Shown here one piece after another: positions 1 to 8,064 of a DNA stretch of 64,000 nt (position 1 is its first letter; each line of letters opens with the position of its first letter). The notes under the pieces were generated by a model. It saw only the letters and a program-made list of their open reading frames with translations, ran no database searches and was not told where the DNA came from. Source of the DNA: an uncultured virus (IMG/VR IMGVR_UViG_3300002835_000131) (Duplodnaviria > Heunggongvirae > Uroviricota > Caudoviricetes). Position numbers and translations under genes: made by a program. The DNA is taken from the IMG/VR virus record IMGVR_UViG_3300002835_000131, positions 1-64,000 of that record; one strand, given 5' to 3'.

Positions 1-137
1 TAGGTGTAGAATTAGGTGAAAAAGATTTTGAAGAGTATAATGATGAGGATTTTGAATTAGATGAAGATGGAGATCCTGATATAGATATGTTAAAAGAATC
101 AAGTAAAATAGTAATAATTAATGGGGGTATGTTTTAA
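1..137 (+). CDS. partial acidic early protein (3' end only)
   Basis: Frame 3 is open to TAA at 135-137 (GVELGEKDFEEYNDEDFELDEDGDPDIDMLKESSKIVIINGGMF); followed by a hairpin and promoter. Confidence 0.7.
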   Translation, partial: GVELGEKDFEEYNDEDFELDEDGDPDIDMLKESSKIVIINGGMF

Positions 138-219
138 CCCCCATTTGGCTTTTTAAATAATTTTTATTATATTTAAGTAATAAGAAAAAATAAGTTAAAC
201 AATTTAAAAAGAAAAAGAT

Positions 220-441
220 ATGAAAAATTATGAAATTTTAAGAAGTGATGTAAAGGAAATTATTGGTGATAAATTTTCTTGGTATAATGATAAGTATAGA
301 AGTGGTAAAAGAAGATTAAAATTTAGTTGGTTAAATGATGAGGATAGAGAGAAAGTGTATAATATTTTAAAAGATAAAGGTTATGATGTAAGAAATTATT
401 TTAATAATTTTGATAGATTAGTTGTTTATTTAAATGATTAA
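220..441 (+). CDS. hypothetical early protein
   Basis: ORF with own promoter and AAAGAT-ATG leader. Confidence 0.8.
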   Translation: MKNYEILRSDVKEIIGDKFSWYNDKYRSGKRRLKFSWLNDEDREKVYNILKDKGYDVRNYFNNFDRLVVYLND

Positions 442-529
442 AAAGGTTTGGAAAGTTAAATAATTTTTATTATATTTAAAATGTTAAGAAAATAAATAAG
501 TTAAACAATTTAAAAAAAAAGAAAAAGAT

Positions 530-925
530 ATGAAAAGATTAAGTAAATTTGAAGTTGAAAGTTTAGTAAATGTAGTAGTGAGTAAATTGGAAAAAATTGA
601 AAGTGAAAAATTTGAAAAAGAGTGTATTGAATTTGTTGATGAGTGGAATAAAGAGTTAGAGGAATTGAATAATGAAAGGAAAATTTGGGAAGATAAGTTT
701 AAGGAAAAAAAAGAAAAGATTAGGAAGGAGATAAAAGTAAAAGGATGGAAAGGTGTAGATGTTAATGAATGGTTTTGTGATAATAAGTTTGTTAGATTTA
801 ATGAAAGTAATTTTGTAGAATGGAGTGTAAGGGTTAAAATTATGGATGAAATTGTTATTAATTCTTTAAAAGATAATAATGTTGATAGTTTAATAGATAA
901 TTTAATAAATAAGTTTAAAAGTTAA
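530..925 (+). CDS. hypothetical early protein (charged, coiled-coil-like)
   Basis: ORF with own promoter and AAAGAT-ATG leader. Confidence 0.8.
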   Translation: MKRLSKFEVESLVNVVVSKLEKIESEKFEKECIEFVDEWNKELEELNNERKIWEDKFKEKKEKIRKEIKVKGWKGVDVNEWFCDNKFVRFNESNFVEWSVRVKIMDEIVINSLKDNNVDSLIDNLINKFKS

Positions 926-932
926 TTATTAA

Positions 933-960
933 GGGAGGGTTAAATATGTTTGACCCTCCC
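933..960 (+). terminator. stem-loop overlapping the -33 promoter element
   Basis: GGGAGGGTTAAA-tatg-TTTGACCCTCCC; 26 bp of 927-952 repeated at 1545-1570. Confidence 0.6.
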
Positions 961-1019
961 ATTAATTTTTATTATATTTAATTATAAAGAAAATAAGTTA
1001 AACATTTAAAAAAAAAGAT

Positions 1020-1265
1020 ATGAAAAAATTTACACATGAGAATGTATTGGAGATTTTATTTAATAATGGAATTGATGATGAGTATTTTGAGAAGATGGAT
1101 GGTTTAGATAATAAGGAAATTGAGTATGGGAGTGAGGAGTGGTTGGATGTGTTAAGTGATATTGTGGGTAAGGATGTTTATAATGAGGATTTAAGTAAGG
1201 AGGATGATATTTTAATAAGTGAGTTTATAAGGATGTTGGGGGAAATGGAAATTAATTTAGTATAA
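1020..1265 (+). CDS. hypothetical acidic early protein
   Basis: ORF with promoter and leader; very D/E-rich. Confidence 0.8.
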   Translation: MKKFTHENVLEILFNNGIDDEYFEKMDGLDNKEIEYGSEEWLDVLSDIVGKDVYNEDLSKEDDILISEFIRMLGEMEINLV

Positions 1266-1318
1266 ATGTTTGGCCTTCGGGCCATTCTTTATTATATTTA
1301 ATTATAAAGAAAAAAGAT

Positions 1319-1540
1319 ATGAAAAAAGAAATGAAGTTTAAGATCGGTGATATGGTTAAACCTACAAATAAGGGTTGGGGTAAAAGATTTATTGGTAAAA
1401 TTTGTGATTGTTGGATGAATAAACCTGAAAATATCCAAATTAGAAATGGTGAAATTGTTTATATAGTAACACATCATAATTACAGAGGTAATATGGTAAT
1501 GACTTATCAGATTAAAGAATCTAATTTAGTTGCCCTATAA
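1319..1540 (+). CDS. hypothetical early protein (SH3/KOW-like start FKIGDMV)
   Basis: ORF with promoter and leader. Confidence 0.75.
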   Translation: MKKEMKFKIGDMVKPTNKGWGKRFIGKICDCWMNKPENIQIRNGEIVYIVTHHNYRGNMVMTYQIKESNLVAL

Positions 1541-1639
1541 CTTGTATTAAGGGAGGGTTAAATATGTTTGGCTCTCTTATTATTCTTTATTATATTTAGT
1601 TATTAAGAAAATAAGTTAAACACTTTAAAAACAAAAGAT

Positions 1640-1843
1640 ATGGCAAATATGAGTTATTGTAGGTTCAGAAATACTTACTTAGATTTAATTGATTGTTCTA
1701 ATAATTTAAATGACAAAGATATGTCATTTGATGAAAAAATGGCTAAGAAGAATTTATTAGAATTGTGTAAGGAAATGATTGAAGATTATGAGTTTAATAA
1801 TTTAGGTGAGTTAGAAGATGATTTTGATGAGGTTTGGAGTTAA
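1640..1843 (+). CDS. hypothetical phage protein
   Basis: ORF MANMSYCRFRNTYLDLIDC with promoter and leader. Confidence 0.8.
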   Translation: MANMSYCRFRNTYLDLIDCSNNLNDKDMSFDEKMAKKNLLELCKEMIEDYEFNNLGELEDDFDEVWS

Positions 1844-1900
1844 ATAAGTTTGGCCTTCGGGCCAATCTTTATTATATTTAAATATAAAGAAAAAAAAGAT

Positions 1901-2224
1901 ATGACAAATCAATCGTATAAAATTATCTCTAAAGAAAATCATAAAAATATTTGTGATGCTTATTGTTTAGAATTAAATAATGAGACTTATAAAGGATTTA
2001 ATATTCAAACTAAAGGATATTTACTTTATAATGAAGGAAAAACATTTGATTTAAGTAATAATTTAATTAATAAGTATCTAAATTTTGATTTATGGTCAGA
2101 AATAAGAGATATTAATGGAGTATTCTTAAAAAGAATTGCAGGTTCTAATCAAGGACATTTAATTAATAGTTCTATAAATAGAGTAAAAAAATATATAGAT
2201 AATAATAGTCATAGGTTAAAATAA
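1901..2224 (+). CDS. hypothetical early protein
   Basis: Start moved to the ATG after AAAGAT; the track start (1850) lies inside the promoter. Confidence 0.75.
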   Translation: MTNQSYKIISKENHKNICDAYCLELNNETYKGFNIQTKGYLLYNEGKTFDLSNNLINKYLNFDLWSEIRDINGVFLKRIAGSNQGHLINSSINRVKKYIDNNSHRLK

Positions 2225-2275
2225 GTTTGGCCTCGCCATGAATTGATGTTATATTTAGATATAAAGAAAAAAGAT

Positions 2276-2416
2276 ATGACAGTAGAAGAATTAATTGAAA
2301 AATTATCTAAAATTGAAGATAAAACAAAAGAAGTAATGCTTATAGGTGATACTAAAGAGTGGATAAATCATAGGATTAAAGAAAAAGAGAATTGTATAGT
2401 TTTATATAATAATTAA
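2276..2416 (+). CDS. small hypothetical protein (46 aa, MTVEELIEKL...)
   Basis: Not in track; AAAGAT-ATG directly after the promoter at 2226. Confidence 0.7.
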   Translation: MTVEELIEKLSKIEDKTKEVMLIGDTKEWINHRIKEKENCIVLYNN

Positions 2417-2423
2417 ATAAGAT

Positions 2424-2597
2424 ATGAATATAAGAAAACAATTTATGGATGATTTAATATTAAATCAAGACCATGAAATTTTAGAAACTGTTATTAACTC
2501 TATATGTGAAGAGTTGAGTAAAGAAGGATTTGATAAAGATGATATTAATAAATTTGTATTGGTTAAGGTTAAAGAATATTTGGCCTCGGTAAAATAA
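2424..2597 (+). CDS. small hypothetical protein (57 aa)
   Basis: Not in track; AAGAT-ATG leader, open to TAA at 2595-2597. Confidence 0.65.
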   Translation: MNIRKQFMDDLILNQDHEILETVINSICEELSKEGFDKDDINKFVLVKVKEYLASVK

Positions 2598-2650
2598 GAT
2601 GTTATATTTAGGTATAAAGAAAATAAGTTAAACATTTAAAAAAAAAAGAT

Positions 2651-2836
2651 ATGGGAAGTACAGTATTTGCAGTTTCAGATTTTGAAGGATCATTTGAAGA
2701 ATTAGTTCATATTGATAATGTCAATATAATTGAGTATATTGAAGAAGGATATGATGGTGGTTTACCAAGTGTTAAAGTAATGGACCATGGTAAAGAAGAT
2801 ACTTGGTTTTATATTGATTTAGTAGAAATTGATTAA
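2651..2836 (+). CDS. hypothetical acidic protein
   Basis: ORF with promoter and leader. Confidence 0.75.
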   Translation: MGSTVFAVSDFEGSFEELVHIDNVNIIEYIEEGYDGGLPSVKVMDHGKEDTWFYIDLVEID

Positions 2837-2888
2837 TTTGTTTGGAATCCCAATTAATTGATGTTATATTTAGTTAAATAAGAAAAAT

Positions 2889-3104
2889 ATGATAAAAAGA
2901 GACGAAAAAGTATTAAATATAATCAATCTATGTAAAGATATCGATATTGATGGCGAAACAACTGAATATATTTTAGAAAAGATTGGAATGACTAACCAAA
3001 TGTTACGCCAATTGGTGATGAATAATCCACAATCAGATACAATCGATTTATTAAATGAAAAAATCGAATTGGATAATCAACGACTTAGTAATTATCAAGG
3101 TTAA
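2889..3104 (+). CDS. hypothetical protein
   Basis: ORF with promoter. Confidence 0.75.
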   Translation: MIKRDEKVLNIINLCKDIDIDGETTEYILEKIGMTNQMLRQLVMNNPQSDTIDLLNEKIELDNQRLSNYQG

Positions 3105-3162
3105 ATTTGTTTGGCCTCGCTAATAATTGATGTTATATTTAGGTATAAGAAAAAATAAAGAT

Positions 3163-3411
3163 ATGATACACGAAACAGAATTAAAATCAGGTTACTTCAT
3201 TTATGGTAACAAAGGTAATGTGTGGGAAAACACATCACACATTTACAAATCAGGTCAAGGTAACTTATGTGGTACACCAGCGCTTGCAACTAACCATGCC
3301 AAGTTTAATGGAATTAAAGTGGCGGGTTGTGTAAAGTGTAGTGAAGAGTATAGTGAGTTAATGGAACATCAATATTGGATTGATAAAAAAGAAGATTTGA
3401 TGGAAGGTTAA
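3163..3411 (+). CDS. hypothetical protein, possible Zn-binding (H..LCG..CVKC)
   Basis: Start moved to AAAGAT-ATG at 3163. Confidence 0.75.
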   Translation: MIHETELKSGYFIYGNKGNVWENTSHIYKSGQGNLCGTPALATNHAKFNGIKVAGCVKCSEEYSELMEHQYWIDKKEDLMEG

Positions 3412-3474
3412 ACAGGTTTGGCCCTCCGGGGTAAGGATGTTATATTTAAGTATTAAGAAATTAAAGAAAAAGAT

Positions 3475-4359
3475 ATGAACCAAACACAAACTAAAAGACG
3501 CGGTAGACCGTCTAAAAAGAAGGTAGCACAAAATGTCACATACACGCCATCGTTAATTGATTTCTCAGCTATAACTAAGTTAAACAACTTAAATGTCGAT
3601 CCTAAAATGATGGAGACAATGAAGTCAGGTCTAGCATTAGATCACTTTGTAAGTTATGAGGGTGGAGTACCGAGCGCTTCAAATATGATGATTATAGGTG
3701 ATCCGGGTGTAGGTAAAACAACATTGTTATTAGATCTATTAGCCGCGGTACAGAATAAAAGCCGTAAATGCTTATTTATATCAGGTGAAATGGGCCGTAA
3801 GCAAATGTTTAAATACACACAACGGTTTCCACAGTTTGGTATTGTAGACACTTTATTTATGAGTGACTATATGAATCACAACACTAAGGATGTAATTGAA
3901 CAGGCGCTTAACATTGGATATGATTTAGTTTTAATTGATTCTATCGCTGAAATTATTGATGGGGTTAGAGATGATAACAATTGGGATAGAAAAATTGCCG
4001 AGTCATGGTTAGTAGATGTTTGTGTTAACAATAATAAAGGTGATAACAAAGGAAATAAGTACACATCGTTTCTACTGATTCAACAAGTTACTAAAGCGGG
4101 TGTGTTTGTGGGTTCGAATAAGCTGAAACACTTAACAGACGCAATGTTAGAAATGAGACGTGAGTCGGATAGAAATGGTGGTGGTACATATTTAACATTT
4201 ACTAAGAATAGAAACGGTGAGGCTGGAATGAGAATGAGTTTTCAATTAACAGGCACACAAATATATTACGGCACAATTGAAATTGATTCTGATGGATCAG
4301 ATGAGGAGTTGGAATTAGAAATAACCAACCCGGAGTATCAAAACATTATTTTTTCTTAA
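3475..4359 (+). CDS. RadA/Sms-like RecA-superfamily ATPase lacking the Lon-like C-terminal domain
   Basis: Walker A GDPGVGKT, FISGEM, Walker B LIDSI, GSNKLKHLTDA, KNRNG. Confidence 0.8.
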   Translation: MNQTQTKRRGRPSKKKVAQNVTYTPSLIDFSAITKLNNLNVDPKMMETMKSGLALDHFVSYEGGVPSASNMMIIGDPGVGKTTLLLDLLAAVQNKSRKCLFISGEMGRKQMFKYTQRFPQFGIVDTLFMSDYMNHNTKDVIEQALNIGYDLVLIDSIAEIIDGVRDDNNWDRKIAESWLVDVCVNNNKGDNKGNKYTSFLLIQQVTKAGVFVGSNKLKHLTDAMLEMRRESDRNGGGTYLTFTKNRNGEAGMRMSFQLTGTQIYYGTIEIDSDGSDEELELEITNPEYQNIIFS

Positions 4360-4364
4360 TATCT

Positions 4365-4411
4365 GAGGTAATTGGTCCTGGCGCGTTTCATATCCGCCCA
4401 GGGCTAACCTC
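4365..4411 (+). terminator. intergenic stem-loop
   Basis: TTGGTCCTGG (4372-81) pairs with CCAGGGCTAA (4398-4407) including G-U pairs; GAGG/CCTC closing stem. Confidence 0.45.
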
Positions 4412-4464
4412 TTGTTTGGCCTCCCGATCAATTGATGTTATATTTAATTATAAAGAAAAAAGAT

Positions 4465-4698
4465 ATGACAAACACAAACACTATCATCAAACAATTTTTA
4501 AAATTAAATTTTCCTAAACAGTTTATTTATTTTAATAATCCAAAATCAATTAAAATTCAATTACCAAACACAATTTCTGAATCATTAATTAATTTTTTAC
4601 AATCTCAAAATATTCAATTTAATTCAACACAACCTGAATTAATTCAATATCAATTAACATTTATTAAAAACATGACTCAAATCATAATTAATAAATAA
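4465..4698 (+). CDS. hypothetical early protein (G-depleted gene)
   Basis: Start moved to AAAGAT-ATG at 4465; promoter at 4415. Confidence 0.7.
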   Translation: MTNTNTIIKQFLKLNFPKQFIYFNNPKSIKIQLPNTISESLINFLQSQNIQFNSTQPELIQYQLTFIKNMTQIIINK

Positions 4699-4756
4699 AA
4701 AATTTGGCTTCCGGGTCAATTGATGTTATATTTAGATATAATAAGAAAATAAAGAT

Positions 4757-5191
4757 ATGAAAAAAGAAATTATTATTGCTCAAAAAAACAAAGATTTAAT
4801 CATCACAAACTATAGTGGTGATAGTATGTGTGGTGAAGGTAAGTACAGAGTTATAACAAAATGTAAAGCTGGGTTTATGGTTACAAGTGTTAAACAGGCT
4901 AAAAGTGCGATTGATGTGTTTCGTAGTTATAAAATTAAACATGTACATTCGATTGCTTTTATAAAAGAAAATGATAAGTTAGGTGGGTATGATTTTATGG
5001 TTTACGCTCGTGTAGGTAAAAAAGTATGGATTGAGGAAGATTTATTACGTGAGTTAGAGATAGGTGATATTAATCAGAGTCTATATAATACAGCTTTATA
5101 TTCTCAAGAACAATACAATAAAGTAAATGCTAAGTCATGGGCAAGTAAAGCATATGTGATGAATGGTTCGTTTGAATTTAGTGAGGCCTGA
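4757..5191 (+). CDS. hypothetical protein
   Basis: ORF with promoter and leader. Confidence 0.8.
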   Translation: MKKEIIIAQKNKDLIITNYSGDSMCGEGKYRVITKCKAGFMVTSVKQAKSAIDVFRSYKIKHVHSIAFIKENDKLGGYDFMVYARVGKKVWIEEDLLRELEIGDINQSLYNTALYSQEQYNKVNAKSWASKAYVMNGSFEFSEA

Positions 5192-5242
5192 TTTGGCCTC
5201 GCTAATAATTGATGTTATATTTAGGTATAATAAGAAACAGAT

Positions 5243-5377
5243 ATGAAAATATTAAACATTTTAGATATACCAGGTAACGAGTTAGTAGAAGTGTTATGAA
5301 TCGATGATAATGAAATCGAGTTAATACCGATACAAGAGTTTATTAGTAAGTATGGAGTAGACAAATTAAATAAATAA
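5243..5377 (+). pseudogene. small gene interrupted by an in-frame TGA
   Basis: MKILNILDIPGNELVEVL*IDDNEIELIPIQEFISKYGVDKLNK; TGA at 5297-5299; directly behind the promoter at 5192. Confidence 0.5.
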
Positions 5378-5380
5378 GAT

Positions 5381-5575
5381 ATGAATATAATAAAATTAGA
5401 AACAAGAACAACCACAACGTTTGAGGTGTATTATGAAAGGTATAATTACACAGTGGTTAAAGAACAGTTAAGTAAAAACACATTTAAGTATATTGTAATA
5501 GAAAGTTTTGATCAACCACTTGATGATGACTTTAAATCAAGGTTAGTGATGGAACTAGAAAGTGTAATTGGTTAA
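5381..5575 (+). CDS. hypothetical protein
   Basis: ORF with AAGAT-ATG leader. Confidence 0.7.
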   Translation: MNIIKLETRTTTTFEVYYERYNYTVVKEQLSKNTFKYIVIESFDQPLDDDFKSRLVMELESVIG

Positions 5576-5577
5576 CC

Positions 5578-5733
5578 ATGAAAAAAACAATCACACTATT
5601 AGCATTACTAATTGGATTATTAATGTTAACACAATCATGTTCATCACGTCGTTATTATAAACGTCATAAACCTAAACAAGCATGTAAGGGCGGTGACTGG
5701 GGAGGTAATTTAATGGAAAAACGTATATGGTAA
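5578..5733 (+). CDS. small basic lipoprotein
   Basis: Not in track; MKKTITLLALLIGLLMLTQS-C signal peptide and lipobox. Confidence 0.65.
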   Translation: MKKTITLLALLIGLLMLTQSCSSRRYYKRHKPKQACKGGDWGGNLMEKRIW

Positions 5734-5789
5734 TTTGTTTGGCTCACCAATAATAGTTTATTATATTTAGATATAAAGAAAAATAAGAT

Positions 5790-5951
5790 ATGGCAACGGA
5801 TAAAGAAAAATTAGACATTATTAAAAACACATTAACAGCAGTATTAGAATCTGATGTAATAGTAGATAATAATAATTCAGATGCATTTAAATTTGGTTAC
5901 TTGAAAGGTACCATTAATACAATAATTGAGTTTATAAACGAACAACAGTAA
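5790..5951 (+). CDS. small hypothetical protein (53 aa)
   Basis: Not in track; follows the promoter at 5738 with AAGAT-ATG leader. Confidence 0.65.
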   Translation: MATDKEKLDIIKNTLTAVLESDVIVDNNNSDAFKFGYLKGTINTIIEFINEQQ

Positions 5952-6037
5952 ACAACATGGTAGCATTTTTATTAATAGTAGCAATACTATATTTAGCCTC
6001 AATTAATAATAAAATTAAACACTAAAACCGCAATAAC

Positions 6038-6148
6038 ATGTCAGACATCGGAATCGACTTTAGCATCACGTTAATACTTACTATGGTAGTATTGGTTGTT
6101 GGAACAGAATTAATTGACCGTTATAAACAATATAAACGAGTTAAATAG
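6038..6148 (+). CDS. small single-TM peptide
   Basis: MSDIGIDFSITLILTMVVLVVGTELIDRYKQYKRVK; another hydrophobic 22-aa ORF at 5957-6025. Confidence 0.4.
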   Translation: MSDIGIDFSITLILTMVVLVVGTELIDRYKQYKRVK

Positions 6149-6657
6149 TATTTTATATCATATCTTATGGGTGGGTCGATAATCTCGATCCCCCTTTTCT
6201 TGTTTTGTGTGGGTTACATCCCCTATCTGTTTGCGGTATATATACGGTATATGTACGGAGGTAGTGCGGTGGAAATGCGTGCGTTGTTATCCATCGATGT
6301 GTACGTGGTATGGAAGAAAGAAGGTGATGTAAAAACAGCAAGTAAACGTATACTGCGCGCGGAGCGTATATATTGATATACAACCACTACCTACCATACC
6401 ACTAACACGCATTAACACCGCTATATTCCGCCCATATCCCGCCTATAAACGACGAACAATTGTAAAATGCATAATGCGCAATTCCATATAGCTCCTTTGG
6501 TATAACCGGCTAAAGGCCGGAAATAACTTAGAAGTATAATTTTTCACATCGATGCAAATATATACCTATATACCTTAAGTTTGGCTCACCAGGATAAGGA
6601 TGTTATATTTAAGATGTTAAAAAAGATATAAGTTAAACAAGTTAAAAAATAAAGGTT

Positions 6658-7458
6658 ATGTTAGACATTAAAAACATGGATTTCATCGATAAGTCGGAAA
6701 TCAAAACAAGAGCAAATTCAATTTTCACAACTACCGGTTCACCTAGTACTTCAGATAAGTACGCTCACATCTCAACCGAAAAAATTATTGACGATATGGA
6801 GTTATTAGGATGGGGTGTGGTTGATGCAAAACAAGTTAAGGCGCGTAAGAGTGTAGGATATCAAAAACACTTAGTTGTGTTTAGAAATCCAGAAATTGTA
6901 ATTGATGGAGCAGACGGTGACACAGTTTTTCCTCAAATATTACTTACCAATTCACACGACGGTAAAAATGCATTTACATTCACAGCCGGTTTATTTAGAA
7001 TGATTTGTGAAAATGGTTTAGTGGTTTGTAATCAAGAATTCGAGAACCTAAAAATTAGACACTACGGATATGATTTTGAGGAACTAGAAAAAACCATTAA
7101 TACAATGGTAGAAAAGTTACCGTTAACTGTTGAATCAATGAACCGCTTTAAAACCACGGTTTTGAATTCAAACCAAATGCTTGATTTTGCTAAACGCGCA
7201 TTGAATTCCAGATTTACTGATAGTGAATTAGAGCATATCACCATCGATTTAAATGACTTATTAACTCCATCACGTGAGGAAGATAAGGGTAATGACATGT
7301 GGTCAGTGTTTAATACAGTTCAGGAAAAGTTAACACATGGGTTATTTAATTACGCTTACGGTTCTAAAAATCGTAAGGCACGTAAAATTAAGAACTTCAA
7401 TAAGGACATGGAGTTAAACAATAAGTTATATCAATTAGCAAACGAATTCGTTAATTAA
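6658..7458 (+). CDS. DUF932/DUF945-family protein
   Basis: LLTNSHDGKNAFTFTAGLFRMICENGLV signature and WSVFNTVQE. Confidence 0.8.
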   Translation: MLDIKNMDFIDKSEIKTRANSIFTTTGSPSTSDKYAHISTEKIIDDMELLGWGVVDAKQVKARKSVGYQKHLVVFRNPEIVIDGADGDTVFPQILLTNSHDGKNAFTFTAGLFRMICENGLVVCNQEFENLKIRHYGYDFEELEKTINTMVEKLPLTVESMNRFKTTVLNSNQMLDFAKRALNSRFTDSELEHITIDLNDLLTPSREEDKGNDMWSVFNTVQEKLTHGLFNYAYGSKNRKARKIKNFNKDMELNNKLYQLANEFVN

Positions 7459-7520
7459 TGGCGAGTTCGTATATATGTATATTAGTAGATAGGTATACAC
7501 AAAATTAGCGCGCGAGAACT

Positions 7521-8012
7521 ATGGGAAGTTATAAAACCAATAAACAAGTATTAAAAAAATTAACTGTTGAAGAAGCACAAGCCTTTATTCCGGTTAGTAT
7601 GGAAAACTCTGATGAGTTAGAAAATGCTTATTTTTATACTATGGTTCCTTTAGGTAATGGTTGGGATGAAATAAATTATTATACTAATCGAAATACTCAA
7701 ACTTGGAGACAAGGTAAACATAATAGTTGGATTTATATTTTATCTAATAAAACAATACCTGGTCTTTATAAAATTGGTCACACAACAAAACATCCTGATG
7801 AGCGGGCTAAAGAAATTTCACGATCAACTGGTGTACCAATTCCATTTGAAGTTGAATGGGCGTTTGACTGTTTTGATTCTGATAGGTTAGAAGTAGAAAT
7901 TCACAGAGCATTAGACTCGTTTAGATATTCATCAAATAAAGAATTTTTTGAAATATCTTTAAATGAAGCAAAAGAAACTATAAGGAAACTTGGCTCTGCA
8001 TATAGGAGTTAG
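7521..8012 (+). CDS. T5orf172/GIY-YIG-superfamily protein
   Basis: WIYILSN..GLYKIGHT..RAKE..TGVP.PF..E.EIH..EFF. Confidence 0.8.
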   Translation: MGSYKTNKQVLKKLTVEEAQAFIPVSMENSDELENAYFYTMVPLGNGWDEINYYTNRNTQTWRQGKHNSWIYILSNKTIPGLYKIGHTTKHPDERAKEISRSTGVPIPFEVEWAFDCFDSDRLEVEIHRALDSFRYSSNKEFFEISLNEAKETIRKLGSAYRS

Positions 8013-8064
8013 TATATTTATAATACGATAAATTAAACAAATAAAAACCAATAAAAAAAAGAAG

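Larger units (their letters stand above)
144..6611 (+). promoter_or_regulatory. 16 copies of a Bacteroidetes-type early promoter TTTG-N20-TATATTTA
   Basis: TTTG at 144, 447, 949, 1269, 1567, 1849, 2226, 2579, 2841, 3110, 3417, 4415, 4703, 5192, 5738, 6580, each exactly 20 nt before TATATTTA and just upstream of an ATG; resembles the Bacteroidetes -33 TTTG / -7 TAnnTTTG consensus. Confidence 0.85.

Noticed and set aside
5297..5299. Genome-wide stop-codon reassignment
   Set aside because: Long genes tile cleanly in the standard code; TAG (8012, 29791) and TGA (5191, 30758) act as stops; no suppressor tRNA seen
6165..6383. ORFs 6167-6376 (+) and 6165-6383 (-)
   Set aside because: Atypical codon usage, no promoter or leader motif, and they overlap a self-complementary island
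144..6611. Regularly recurring repeats as a CRISPR array or integron attC sites
   Set aside because: Repeats are degenerate promoters separated by whole genes of variable length; no cas or integrase gene in the window
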